NCBI GenBank assembly: GCA_035651315.1
Contig: DASRFY010000211.1
Span: 148 to 64,147 of the forward strand
DNA from: Burkholderiales bacterium
GTDB taxonomy: Bacteria > Pseudomonadota > Gammaproteobacteria > Burkholderiales > Eutrophovitaceae
Reading direction: 5' to 3'
Length of the DNA stretch: 64,000 bases
How positions within the stretch are numbered: the first letter of the stretch is position 1; every line of letters begins with the position of its first letter. Both the position numbers and the translations under genes were made by a program. The notes under the pieces were generated by a model. It did no database searches. It saw only the letters and a list, made by a program, of their open reading frames with translations, and was not told where the DNA came from. This document shows positions 19,198 to 28,488 of this stretch, in pieces.

Positions 19198-22100
19198 CTA
19201 CAGCTCCTTGAGATCCTTGTGCGGCGCGGACAGCGCGCCGCTGCCGCCGGAAGCGGCGCCGGCCGGCAACGAAATCGCTTCTTCGTCTTCCAGGCTGGGC
19301 AGATGCACCCTGCGCACCAGGAGCGAATACACGGTCGGGATGACGAACAAGGTCAACAGCGTGCCGAAGGTCAGCCCCCCCACGACCACCCAGCCGATCG
19401 CCTGGCGCGATTCCGAACCCGCGCCGTGCGCGAGCGCGAGCGGGACCGCACCCAGCACCATCGCCGCAGTGGTCATCAGAATGGGGCGCAGCCGCAGCGT
19501 CGCCGCCTCCACCACCGCCTCGAACTTCTCCATTCCCTTGGCGCGCAACTGGTTGGCGAATTCCACGATCAGGATGCCGTGCTTGGTGATCAGGCCGACC
19601 AGCATCACCAGGCCGATCTTGGAATACACGTTGAGCGTGCCGCCGTGATCGAACTTGGCATTGATCCACATGGTGAGCAGCGCGCCCATGAACGCGAGCG
19701 GCACGGTGAACATGATCACGAACGGGCCGACGAAGCTCTCGAACTGCGCGGAGAGCACCAGGTAGATGAACACCAGCGCCAGCACCAGCGTGAACCAGAG
19801 CTGGCTGCCCGCCTCGCGGAACTCGCGCGACACCCCGTCGAGGTCGGTGCGCACTTCCTCCTGCAGCTCGCTCTTCACCAGACCGTCGATGTGATCGAGC
19901 ACCTGGCCCAGGCTGTAGCCCGGCCCGACGTTGGCGTTGATGACCGCGGCGCGCAGCTTGTTGAAGTGGTTGAGCTCCTTCGGCGCCACCGTCTCCTGCA
20001 GGCTGACCAGGTTGGACAACTGCACCAGATCGCCGCTCGCGCTGCGCACGTAGATGGAGGTGAGGTCGCTGGGCTGCATGCGTTTCGCGTCCTCCATCTC
20101 CACCACCACGTCGTACTGCTTGCCCTCGTGCTTGTAGCGCGTCGTGTCGCGCCCGCCGAGCAGGGTCTCCAGCGTGTGCCCGATCGCTTCCATCGACACG
20201 CCGACCGCCGAGGCCTTGTCGCGGTCGATGCGTACCGCGAGCTGCGGCTTGTTGAGCTTCAGGTCGGTATCCAGTCCGGTGACGCCGGGATACTGACTGA
20301 GCTTGGCCATCATCTTGTTGACGTAGCCCTGCAACTCCTCGTACGTGTTGCCGTAGATGACGTACTGCACCTGCTTGTCCAGGAAGCCCTGTCCCAGCGA
20401 CGGCGGATTGAGCGCGAAGGAAAGCGCCCCCGGCAGGCCGCCGTAGAGCTTGGGCGTGAGCTCCTTGGTAATCTGCTGCTGCGAGCGCTTGCGCTCGTCC
20501 CAGGGCTTCAGCACCGCGAAGGCGATGCCAAGGTTCACCGGGTTCGGACGATCCAGACCCGGCGCCACCACCGCGAACATGGTGTCGATCTCGGGAATGC
20601 CCTTGGCGATGCCCTCGACCGCGTGCATGTAGCTGTCGGTGTACTGCATGGTCGAGCCTTCCGGCGTCACCACGAAAGCGAGAAAGATGCTGCGGTCCTC
20701 GACCGGCGACAGCTCGTCCTTGAGCTGGGAGAACAGCCAGATCATCCCGGCGGCGACCGCCGCGAACAGGGCGCCGACGACCCAGCGGTGGCGCAGGCTC
20801 GCCCGCAGCACCGCCCGGTAGCCGTTGTTCATGCCCTCGAAAAAGGGCTCCGTCTTCTCGTAGACCCAGCCGTGATCGCCGGTCTTGAACAGCCTCGAGC
20901 ACATCATCGGCGTCAACGTCAGCGCGACGAAGCCGGACACGATTACCGAGGTCGCGACGGTCAGCGCGAACTCGGTAAAGAGCTTGCCGGTGTTGCCGGT
21001 CATGAACGAAAGCGGCGTGAACACCGCCGCCACCGTCACCGTCATCGCGATCACCGCGAAGCCGATCTCGCGGCTGCCGATCAGCGCCGCCTTGACGGGC
21101 TTCATGCCCTGCTCGATGTGGCGGTGGATGTTCTCCAGCATGACGATCGCATCGTCCACCACCAGGCCGATCGACAGCACCACGCCGAGCAGGGTCAGCG
21201 TGTTGATCGAGAAGCCGAGCGCCTTGAGGAAGGTGAAGTGGCCGATGATCGACACCGGGATCGCCACTGCCGGAATCAGGGTGGCCCGGGCGCTGCGCAG
21301 GAAGACGAGGATCACCAGCACCACCAGCGTCAGCGCCTCGAAGATGGTACGGTAGACGGCCTTGATCGATTCCTCGATGAAGATCGAGGTATCCACGGCG
21401 ACCCACGCCTTCATGCCCGGGGCGAGCGAGGCCTGCAGGCGAGGCAGCAGCGCCTTGACGCTTCGGGCCACCTCGAGGGTGTTGGCCGTGGACTGCTTGA
21501 CGACCCCCAGTCCCAGCGCCTCGTTGCCGCCGACGCGCACGATCTTTCGGTTCTCGTAGGGGCCGGGAGCGGCGTAGCCCACGTCCTTCAGCCGGATCGG
21601 GTAGCCGTTCACCGTCCGGATGATCATGTTGTTGAATTCCTCTGGCGACAGCAGGTCGGTGCGCGGCTGCACGGTGAATTCGCGCTGGTTGCTTTCGATG
21701 CGCCCGCCCGGCGAATCCAGGTTCTGAGCGTACAGCGCGTCCTCGACGTCCTGCACGGTCAGGCCCTGGGCCGCGAGGCGCTCGCGGTCCAGCCAGACGC
21801 GCATCGAATACTTGCGCTCGCCGCCGATGATCACCGAGGAAACGCCGGGCAGCGCCTTCAGCGGGTCGGTGAGATAGCGATCGGCGAAGTCGGTCAGTTC
21901 CATCGGCGAATGGCGGTCGCTGATGATGGCGATCCAGAGGATCGGCTGCGCGTCGGCCTCGATCTTCGACACCACCGGCTCGTCGGAGGTCTGGGGCAAC
22001 TGCTTGCGGATGCGCGCGACCCGGTCGCGCACGTCGGCGGCAGCGGCATCCACGTCGCGCCCGGTGAAGAAGGTGATGGTGATCTGGCTCACCTCTTCCC

Positions 22101-22353
22101 GGCTCTGCGACTTGATGGTCTTGATGCCTTCGATCCCGGAGAGCGAATCCTCGAGCGGCTGGGTGATGGCGCTTTCCATCACCTGCGCGGTCGCGCCCTT
22201 GTACACCGTGCGCACCGACACCACCGGCGGGTCGATGTTGGGGTACTCGCGCACTGCCATGCGGGTGAACGACAAATAGCCGACCAGGACGATGAGCAGG
22301 CTCATCACCGTGGCCAGCACCGGGCGTTTGATCGAGATGTCCGATAGAACCAT
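19198..22353 (-). CDS. RND efflux permease (HAE-1, AcrB/MdtB-like)
   Basis: 1051 aa. Has the N-terminus SDISIKRPVLATVMSLLIVL and 12-TM/2-loop RND topology. Confidence 0.9.
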   Translation of the reverse strand: MVLSDISIKRPVLATVMSLLIVLVGYLSFTRMAVREYPNIDPPVVSVRTVYKGATAQVMESAITQPLEDSLSGIEGIKTIKSQSREEVSQITITFFTGRDVDAAAADVRDRVARIRKQLPQTSDEPVVSKIEADAQPILWIAIISDRHSPMELTDFADRYLTDPLKALPGVSSVIIGGERKYSMRVWLDRERLAAQGLTVQDVEDALYAQNLDSPGGRIESNQREFTVQPRTDLLSPEEFNNMIIRTVNGYPIRLKDVGYAAPGPYENRKIVRVGGNEALGLGVVKQSTANTLEVARSVKALLPRLQASLAPGMKAWVAVDTSIFIEESIKAVYRTIFEALTLVVLVILVFLRSARATLIPAVAIPVSIIGHFTFLKALGFSINTLTLLGVVLSIGLVVDDAIVMLENIHRHIEQGMKPVKAALIGSREIGFAVIAMTVTVAAVFTPLSFMTGNTGKLFTEFALTVATSVIVSGFVALTLTPMMCSRLFKTGDHGWVYEKTEPFFEGMNNGYRAVLRASLRHRWVVGALFAAVAAGMIWLFSQLKDELSPVEDRSIFLAFVVTPEGSTMQYTDSYMHAVEGIAKGIPEIDTMFAVVAPGLDRPNPVNLGIAFAVLKPWDERKRSQQQITKELTPKLYGGLPGALSFALNPPSLGQGFLDKQVQYVIYGNTYEELQGYVNKMMAKLSQYPGVTGLDTDLKLNKPQLAVRIDRDKASAVGVSMEAIGHTLETLLGGRDTTRYKHEGKQYDVVVEMEDAKRMQPSDLTSIYVRSASGDLVQLSNLVSLQETVAPKELNHFNKLRAAVINANVGPGYSLGQVLDHIDGLVKSELQEEVRTDLDGVSREFREAGSQLWFTLVLALVFIYLVLSAQFESFVGPFVIMFTVPLAFMGALLTMWINAKFDHGGTLNVYSKIGLVMLVGLITKHGILIVEFANQLRAKGMEKFEAVVEAATLRLRPILMTTAAMVLGAVPLALAHGAGSESRQAIGWVVVGGLTFGTLLTLFVIPTVYSLLVRRVHLPSLEDEEAISLPAGAASGGSGALSAPHKDLKEL

Positions 22354-22379
22354 GGCGCCCCCTCCTCAGGCCGGGCCCC

Positions 22380-23621
22380 TCAGCCCGCCTTTTTCTCCGT
22401 TTGCGCCGGCATGCCGCCCGGCGCCGCAGGTGCGGCCGGCTGCGCGCCCATGACCATCACGGGCGCACCGTCCTTGAGCTTGATCTGCCCGTCGGTGACG
22501 ACCACGTCTTTGTCGCCCAGTCCGCTGGTCACCTCGACCTCGCCCGGCCGGCGCACGCCTAGCTCGATCTTGGTGAGCACGGCCTTGCCGTCGACGACGC
22601 GGAACACGAAGGCATCTCGGCCCTGCGGCCAGATCGCCTGCTCCGGAATGACGATGGCCTTGGGCCGGACATCCAGGGTGAGGCCCACGCGCACGAACAT
22701 GCCAGGCTTGAGCTTGCCGTTGCGATTCGGCACCCGCGCGCGCATCAGGACCGTGCGCGTCTTTTCGTCCACCGCCGGCTCGACGGCATAGACCCGGCCC
22801 CGGAACTCCTCGTTCGGATACGCATCCAGTCGCACCGCGACCTCCTGGTTGGGGCGGACCTTGGATAGAAAGACTTCGGGGATGCGGAAATCGAGCTTGA
22901 TCGAGCTCACGTTGTCCAGGCGCACGATGTTGTCGCCCGCCTTGACGTAGGCGCCGGGGCTTACTTCGCGCAGCCCCAGCGTGCCGGAGAACGGCGCGCG
23001 GATCACCGTCTTGGCAAGTTTAGCGCGCGCTTCGTCGGCGCGCGCCTTGAGCCGCTCCACCGAGCCGAGCTGCACATCCAGCGCCTCCTTGCTGATGAAC
23101 TTCTGCTGGAAGAGCTCTTGCGCGCGCTGGTAGCGTTGCTGTTCGGTGCGCAAGTCGGCTTCGATTGCCGCGAGCTGCGCCTCGTATTCGCTGCTGTCGA
23201 TGGTGACCAGCTTCTGGCCGGCCCCCACCGCCTGCCCTTCCTGGAACGGCAAGGCAGTGATGCGGCCGTCGATCTCGGGGCGGATGACGACGGATTCCTC
23301 GGCCAGCAGCGACCCGACGGCGGAAACCTCGTCTGCAACCTTGGTCACCTTGACCGGCGTGGCGCGCACCGGCAACCCCATCGGCTTGGCGGGAGTCTGG
23401 GCTTGCGAGGCGGGCGGCTGCGCGGCAGGCTTGGCCTGCTGCGCGTTGGCATCGTTCTTCGAGCCGCATCCGGACGCAAGCAGGACCCCGCACAGGAGCA
23501 AAGGCGGACCGAAAAGGGAAGTGCGCGAGCTGAGCAACAAAGGAATACTCCTCAATCGTCCGGAGTGCGAGGCGCCGTCGCGAAAGAAAGGCATCCTTCC
23601 CGCTGCATTCGCGTGGCGCAC
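22380..23621 (-). CDS. RND efflux periplasmic adaptor (MFP), lipoprotein
   Basis: Lipobox LLASGC followed by HlyD/MFP barrel-sandwich and coiled-coil regions. The start is ambiguous between 23621 and 23594. Confidence 0.85.
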   Translation of the reverse strand: MRHANAAGRMPFFRDGASHSGRLRSIPLLLSSRTSLFGPPLLLCGVLLASGCGSKNDANAQQAKPAAQPPASQAQTPAKPMGLPVRATPVKVTKVADEVSAVGSLLAEESVVIRPEIDGRITALPFQEGQAVGAGQKLVTIDSSEYEAQLAAIEADLRTEQQRYQRAQELFQQKFISKEALDVQLGSVERLKARADEARAKLAKTVIRAPFSGTLGLREVSPGAYVKAGDNIVRLDNVSSIKLDFRIPEVFLSKVRPNQEVAVRLDAYPNEEFRGRVYAVEPAVDEKTRTVLMRARVPNRNGKLKPGMFVRVGLTLDVRPKAIVIPEQAIWPQGRDAFVFRVVDGKAVLTKIELGVRRPGEVEVTSGLGDKDVVVTDGQIKLKDGAPVMVMGAQPAAPAAPGGMPAQTEKKAG

Positions 23622-23679
23622 CGGCGGGCGATCCGGACCAGTGCCAACGGTTGAGACAAGGTATTGGTTTGTTTTGTTT

Positions 23680-23695
23680 CTGACTATTTAGTCAG
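23680..23695. promoter_or_regulatory. LysR-type binding site candidate (dyad CTGACT-N4-AGTCAG)
   Basis: A perfect 6-bp dyad sits in the AT-rich 115-bp divergent region between the RND operon and the LysR gene, and fits the T-N11-A LysR box. Confidence 0.4.
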
Positions 23696-23736
23696 TTATT
23701 TGCCGCGCATGATAAACGACTTTTGATTTCCGGACC

Positions 23737-24669
23737 ATGAAAATTTCTCTGGACGCGCTCGCGGTCCTGGATGCCATCGTGCGCAACGGCAGCTTCGCCG
23801 CGGCCGCCGAAGAACTGCACCGCGTGCCCTCGGCGATCACCTACACCGTGCAAAAGCTGGAACAGGACCTGGGCGTGAAGCTGTTCGACCGCGGCCGCCA
23901 ACGCGCCCGGCTGACCAATGCCGGCGAAGAGCTGCTGCGCGAGGGCAGATTCCTGCTGCGGGCGGCCGCCGATCTCGAGTGCCGGGTACAGCGGGTCGCC
24001 ACCGGCTGGGAGTCCGAACTGCGCATCGCGGTGGAAGACATCGTCCCGGTCGAGAAGCTGTTTGCGCTGCTGAAGGAGTTCTATCGCCAAAACGCGGGCA
24101 CGAGAATCAGGCTGTCCGCCGAGATCCTCGGCGGCTGCTGGGATGCGCTGCTGTCCGGCCGTGCCGACCTGGCGATCGCCGCCCCGGGCGAGGTGCCGCC
24201 GGAGGCGTCGATCGCAGTCGAGCCCATGGGGCAGTTCGAGTTCGTGTTCGTCGTCGCGCCCGATCATCCGCTGGCACAGGCGCGGGAACCGCTCGCCGCC
24301 AGCGACCTGCTTGCGCACCGCGCCGTGCCGGCGGCGGATACTTCGCGCTTGCTCCCGCCGCGCAGCTCGGGGCTCGTCGAGGGCCAGGACACGCTGACCG
24401 TCCCCAACATGCGCGCCAAGCTGGCGGCGCAGATCGCGGGGCTGGGTGTGGGTTTTCTTCCGCTCAAATGGGCCGAACCCCATGTCAAGGCCGGGCGCCT
24501 GGTGCGCAAGGAAGTCGAAGGAAACAAGGCGGCCGCGAACGTCTTTCTGGCGTGGCATCCGCGGCAGGCGGGGAAAGCGCTTGACTGGTTCCTCGCGCGG
24601 CTGCGCGAGCCCAACATGCGCGCCTATCTGCTGGGCGAGGCCGCGTACCCTGGCGGGCGCGAAACCTAG
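23737..24669 (+). CDS. LysR family transcriptional regulator
   Basis: N-terminal wHTH (FAAAAEELHRVPSAITYTVQKLEQDLGVKLF) plus a LysR substrate-binding domain. Divergent from the RND operon. Confidence 0.9.
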   Translation: MKISLDALAVLDAIVRNGSFAAAAEELHRVPSAITYTVQKLEQDLGVKLFDRGRQRARLTNAGEELLREGRFLLRAAADLECRVQRVATGWESELRIAVEDIVPVEKLFALLKEFYRQNAGTRIRLSAEILGGCWDALLSGRADLAIAAPGEVPPEASIAVEPMGQFEFVFVVAPDHPLAQAREPLAASDLLAHRAVPAADTSRLLPPRSSGLVEGQDTLTVPNMRAKLAAQIAGLGVGFLPLKWAEPHVKAGRLVRKEVEGNKAAANVFLAWHPRQAGKALDWFLARLREPNMRAYLLGEAAYPGGRET

Positions 24670-24731
24670 GCAAATGCCGCAAACCGCCGCCCGCAGCGGG
24701 TAAGCGGGCGCAGTCTCGCTGCTTCAGAACA

Positions 24732-25106
24732 TCAGGACTGCGGTTGCGCTTCGCTGGCGGCGATCTCCTGATGCACCTGCTTCATGTCCAGCGACAGTGT
24801 CTTGTCGATCACCTGCGTCAGCGCCGAGGCCGGCAGCGCGCCGGCCTGCGAGAGCAGGATGACCTTCTCTCGCACCACCATCAGGGTGGGAATGGAGCGG
24901 ATGTTGAAGCTCGCCGCGAGTTCCGGCTCCTCCTCGGTGTTGACCTTGCCGAAGACGACGTTCGGATAATGCTCCGAGGCGGCCTCGAACACCGGCGCGA
25001 ACATGCGGCAGGGGCCGCACCAGGGAGCCCAGAAGTCGACGACGACGGTGTCGCTCCCGCCCACCACCTGCTCGAAGTTGTCCTTGGTCAGTTGGACCGT
25101 AGCCAT
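24732..25106 (-). CDS. Thioredoxin (with a short C-terminal extension)
   Basis: WCGPC active site. 124 aa. GGAGAAGGAA RBS upstream of the ATG at 25106. Confidence 0.9.
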   Translation of the reverse strand: MATVQLTKDNFEQVVGGSDTVVVDFWAPWCGPCRMFAPVFEAASEHYPNVVFGKVNTEEEPELAASFNIRSIPTLMVVREKVILLSQAGALPASALTQVIDKTLSLDMKQVHQEIAASEAQPQS

Positions 25107-25123
25107 CGAAATTCCTTCTCCAT

Positions 25124-25171
25124 GGCGCCGATGCGGCGCAAAGTATTTCCGGCGCCGCTGCGGCGCAAAGT
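25124..25171. repeat. Tandem duplicated 21-mer, each copy a small GC hairpin
   Basis: ggcgccgatgcggcgcaaagt (25124-25144) and ggcgccgctgcggcgcaaagt (25151-25171) match at 20/21 with period 27. Each contains a GCGCCG-N3-CGGCGC dyad. Confidence 0.7.
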
Positions 25172-25183
25172 GCGGGCAGTGTA

Positions 25184-28100
25184 TCAGGCGGTCGAGCGCC
25201 GCGCCTGCCCGCTTCGCGGCTGGAAGCGCCCGAAGTGCAGAAGCACGGTCGGCAGGACGAGCAGATTGAGTATCGTGGAAGTCGCCAGTCCGCCGACGAT
25301 GATGATCGCCATCGGCCCCTCGATTTCCCGCCCCGGCTCACCCGAGCCGACGGCGAGCGGCAGCAGCCCGAGCCCGGTCACCAGCGCGGTCATCAGGATG
25401 GACGGCAATCGCTCCGCGGCGCCGCGCAGCGCGGTTTCCAGCCCCCACGGCGCGCCCTCGGCTTCGACCAGATACTGATAGTGCGACACCAGCATGATGG
25501 AGTTGCGCAGCGTGATGCCGAACAGGGTGACGAATCCCACCAGCGAGCCCAGCGAGAGCCAGCCGCCGGTGCCGAGCACCGCGATCACCCCGCCGATCAG
25601 AGCGAACGGCAGATTGAGGAAGGTGATGACGAGGTTGTGCAGGCTGTTGAACGCGAGGTAGAGCAGCAGGAAGATGCCTACGCTCGCCAGCAGAGAATGC
25701 GCGACGAGATCGGTGCGCGCCTGCCGCTGTGCCGCGGCGGTGCCGCTCACCACGACGTAGTCGCCCGGCGAAAGCCGCACCTGCTTCGCGATCTGCCGGC
25801 TTGCATCCTGCTCGAAGGCCTGCAAGTCGCGGCCGTCGACATCGGCGGTCACGGTCTGGATGCGCCTTCCTCCCGAATGCAGCACCTTGTAGCGCCCGCC
25901 GGTCACTTCGATGTCGGCGACGTCGGACAGCCGCACCAGCCTGCCGTCCGGATTACGCATGGTGAGCCACCCCACCTGCGCAATGCTGTCGCGGATGCGC
26001 GGCGGCAGCACGACGACGAGATCGATCACCTGGGTGCCGCGGTAGATCTGGCCGACGGTTGCGCCCTCGTAAGCGGCGTGGACGGCCGCGAGCGCGGCCG
26101 CCGGCGTGAGCCCGAGCGCAGTCACGCGCTCGGGACGCAGCCGTACCGTGAGCTGCGGCGTGCCGGGCGGCGCCTGCAGCTGCACGTCCCGCGCGCCGGG
26201 AACCGCGGAAAGCGAAGACGCCACCGCCAGCGCGTCGCGGTCGAGCGCGTCCAGATTGGCGCCGTACAGGTTCACCACCAGCGGCGCCGCGTAGCCGCTG
26301 ATCGTCTCTTCGATGCGCTCGGTGAGGAAGGTATTGACCGCGAATGCCACGCCGGGAAAGCCGGCGCCGCGCGCGCCGGAGAGCGTGGCGCGGATTTCGT
26401 CCAGGATGCGCGCCTGCTCGGCTCCCCCCAGCGAGCCGATCTCGACCTCGAATTCGCTGTAGTGCGTGCCGAAGGTGTCGGCGCCGTTCTTCGAACGTCC
26501 GACCCATTGGGCGACCGTTTTCACGCCCTTGACCGACAGGATCGCTTCGGAGACGCGCCGGCCGATGCGCAGCGACTCGGCCTCCGAGGTGCCGGGCACC
26601 GCGGTCATGTGGATGATGTAGTGGCCTTCACGCAGCGCCGGGATGAACTCGCCGGAAAACAGCGGCAGGATGCCGATCCCGGCCGCGATCACCACGAATA
26701 CGGCGCCGACGATGCGGCCCGGATAGCGTTCGATCCGCCGCAGCAAGGCGAGATAGCGCGGCTTGAGCCACGCCACTGCGGGCGGATCGGTGGACTTCAG
26801 TTCGCTGCGCGCGAGCAGCAGGTAGCACAGCGCGGGCGTGAGCGTCACCGCCACCAGCAGCGATGCGAGGATGGCGAAGATATAGGCCATTCCCAGCGGG
26901 GCGAAGAGCTTGCCCGCGACGCCGGAGAGCGTGAGCAGCGGCACGAATACCAGGGCGACGATGAAGGTGGCATAGACGACCGAGCTGCGCACCTCGACCG
27001 AGGCATCGAGCACCACTTCCTGCGCCGGCCGCGGCGCCGCCGAGGCACGGTTCAGGCGCAGCCGCCGGAAGATATTCTCGGTGTCGATGATGGCGTCGTC
27101 GACCACTTCTCCGAGCGCGATCGCGAGCCCGCCCAGTACCATGACGTTGAGCCCCACGCCGAAATGGTCGAGCACCAGCACCGCCGTGAGCAGCGACACC
27201 GGGATCGCCAGCGTGCAGATGAACGCGGTGCGGGTGTTGAACAGGAACAGGAACAGCACCAGCACCACCAGCACCGAGCCGACCACGATGTCGCGCCGCA
27301 CGTTGGTGACCGCGGTCTCGATGAAGTTGGCGGGACGGAACAGCTCGGCGTGCAGGGTGACCTGCTCCTTCTCGAGCAGCGGTCCCAGCTCCTCCAGCGC
27401 GCGCTCCAGCTCCTGGGTCACCGCGTGCGTGTTGGCCCCGAGCTGGCCCTGCACCATCATGAATACGCCCGGCACGCCGTCGATCGCCGCCGCGCCGATC
27501 GACGGCGCCGGCCCCTCGGTCACTTCGGCGACGTCCGAAATGCGCACCGCCTGCCCCGCGCGATAGACCAGTATCACGCGCCCGACGTCCCCGATCGCGT
27601 GCGGCTGGGCGTCGGTCTGCACGATGATCTGCTGATTGGGCGTCTTCACGAATCCGGTGCCCGCCATCCCGGCCGCGCCGCGTGCCGCGGCCGCCACGTC
27701 CTCGATGGAAAGCGCGTAGCCGCGCAGCCGTTCCGGATCGACCTGGATCTGCCACTGGCGCACGTCGCCGCCGAACACGTTCACCTCCGCCACGCCCGGC
27801 ACCGCGAGCAGATGCGGGCGGATGGTCCAGTCGGTCAGCGTGCGCAGCTCCATCAGGCTGCGCGTCTTCGACGTGATGCCCACGCCGAGCACGGTGCTGG
27901 CGGAGGAAGTCAGCGGCGTCATGGTCGGCGGCGCGACTCCGCGCGGCATCTGCCCGGCGAGCACCGCGAGCCGCTCGTTGACCACCTGGCGGTTGCGGTA
28001 GGTGTCGGAGCCGTCCCGGAAGAACACGTGCACCACCGACAGGCCGGGGATCGATTGCGAGCGCAGCGACTCCAGCCCGGTCACGCCGCCGAGCGCGCTT

Positions 28101-28309
28101 TCGATCGGCTGCGTGACCAGCGTCTCCACCAGTTCCGCGGAAAGCCCCGGAGCCTCGGTCTGGATCACGACCTGGCTGGGGGAAAACTCCGGGAACACGT
28201 CGAGGTTGGCGCGAAACAACGTGTACAGGCCGTAGGCGATCAGGGTCGCCGCGAGCGCGACAACTACGCCCGCGTAGCGGATGGAAAACCGGACGATCGC
28301 TGCGATCAT
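25184..28309 (-). CDS. Heavy-metal-efflux RND permease (CusA/CzcA family)
   Basis: 1041 aa. The N-terminus MIAAIVRFSIRYAGVVVALA and overall HME-RND conservation (LDVFPEFSPSQVVIQTEAPG) support the call. Confidence 0.9.
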   Translation of the reverse strand: MIAAIVRFSIRYAGVVVALAATLIAYGLYTLFRANLDVFPEFSPSQVVIQTEAPGLSAELVETLVTQPIESALGGVTGLESLRSQSIPGLSVVHVFFRDGSDTYRNRQVVNERLAVLAGQMPRGVAPPTMTPLTSSASTVLGVGITSKTRSLMELRTLTDWTIRPHLLAVPGVAEVNVFGGDVRQWQIQVDPERLRGYALSIEDVAAAARGAAGMAGTGFVKTPNQQIIVQTDAQPHAIGDVGRVILVYRAGQAVRISDVAEVTEGPAPSIGAAAIDGVPGVFMMVQGQLGANTHAVTQELERALEELGPLLEKEQVTLHAELFRPANFIETAVTNVRRDIVVGSVLVVLVLFLFLFNTRTAFICTLAIPVSLLTAVLVLDHFGVGLNVMVLGGLAIALGEVVDDAIIDTENIFRRLRLNRASAAPRPAQEVVLDASVEVRSSVVYATFIVALVFVPLLTLSGVAGKLFAPLGMAYIFAILASLLVAVTLTPALCYLLLARSELKSTDPPAVAWLKPRYLALLRRIERYPGRIVGAVFVVIAAGIGILPLFSGEFIPALREGHYIIHMTAVPGTSEAESLRIGRRVSEAILSVKGVKTVAQWVGRSKNGADTFGTHYSEFEVEIGSLGGAEQARILDEIRATLSGARGAGFPGVAFAVNTFLTERIEETISGYAAPLVVNLYGANLDALDRDALAVASSLSAVPGARDVQLQAPPGTPQLTVRLRPERVTALGLTPAAALAAVHAAYEGATVGQIYRGTQVIDLVVVLPPRIRDSIAQVGWLTMRNPDGRLVRLSDVADIEVTGGRYKVLHSGGRRIQTVTADVDGRDLQAFEQDASRQIAKQVRLSPGDYVVVSGTAAAQRQARTDLVAHSLLASVGIFLLLYLAFNSLHNLVITFLNLPFALIGGVIAVLGTGGWLSLGSLVGFVTLFGITLRNSIMLVSHYQYLVEAEGAPWGLETALRGAAERLPSILMTALVTGLGLLPLAVGSGEPGREIEGPMAIIIVGGLATSTILNLLVLPTVLLHFGRFQPRSGQARRSTA

Positions 28310-28318
28310 GAATAACGA

Positions 28319-28478
28319 TTAACCACAGAGACTCAAAGACACAGAGAAAATCCGGATTAACCACCAAGGCACCAAGGAAATCGTAAAAGTTGTTCCTGAG
28401 TTTCTTGGTGTCTTTTGTGCCTTAGTGGTGATATATCGCTTTGGAAGTTCTCTGTGCCTCTGTGTCTCTGTGGTTCTA
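28319..28478. repeat. Element C: nested inverted repeats built from CACAGAG and CACCAAGG tandem units
   Basis: Outer arms 28321-28348 / 28448-28475 match at 25/28 and share aaccacagagac and cacagagaa. Inner arms 28359-28380 / 28401-28430 (accaccaaggcac vs accactaaggcac) are imperfect. The central loop is about 20 nt. Confidence 0.85.
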
Positions 28479-28488
28479 TGGTTGGTAT

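Noticed and set aside
19219-22347. 1042-aa ORF on the plus strand opposite the RND pump gene. Similar giant antisense ORFs occur at 25235..28315, 4418..6928, 44616..46409, 46343..47860, 59508..61052, 50656..52323 and 55349..56602.
   Set aside because: These are typical high-GC artefacts: stop codons are rare on the antisense strand of GC3-rich genes. The translations are Arg/Gly/His/Asp/Ala-rich low complexity with no recognisable motifs, whereas the opposite strand encodes clearly conserved proteins.
28349-28362. aaaatccggattaacc in element C is reminiscent of the GGATTAAC-containing terminal repeats of Neisseria Correia elements.
   Set aside because: Only a short similarity recalled from memory. 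Correia elements have fixed 26-bp TIRs and TA duplications, neither of which is seen here.
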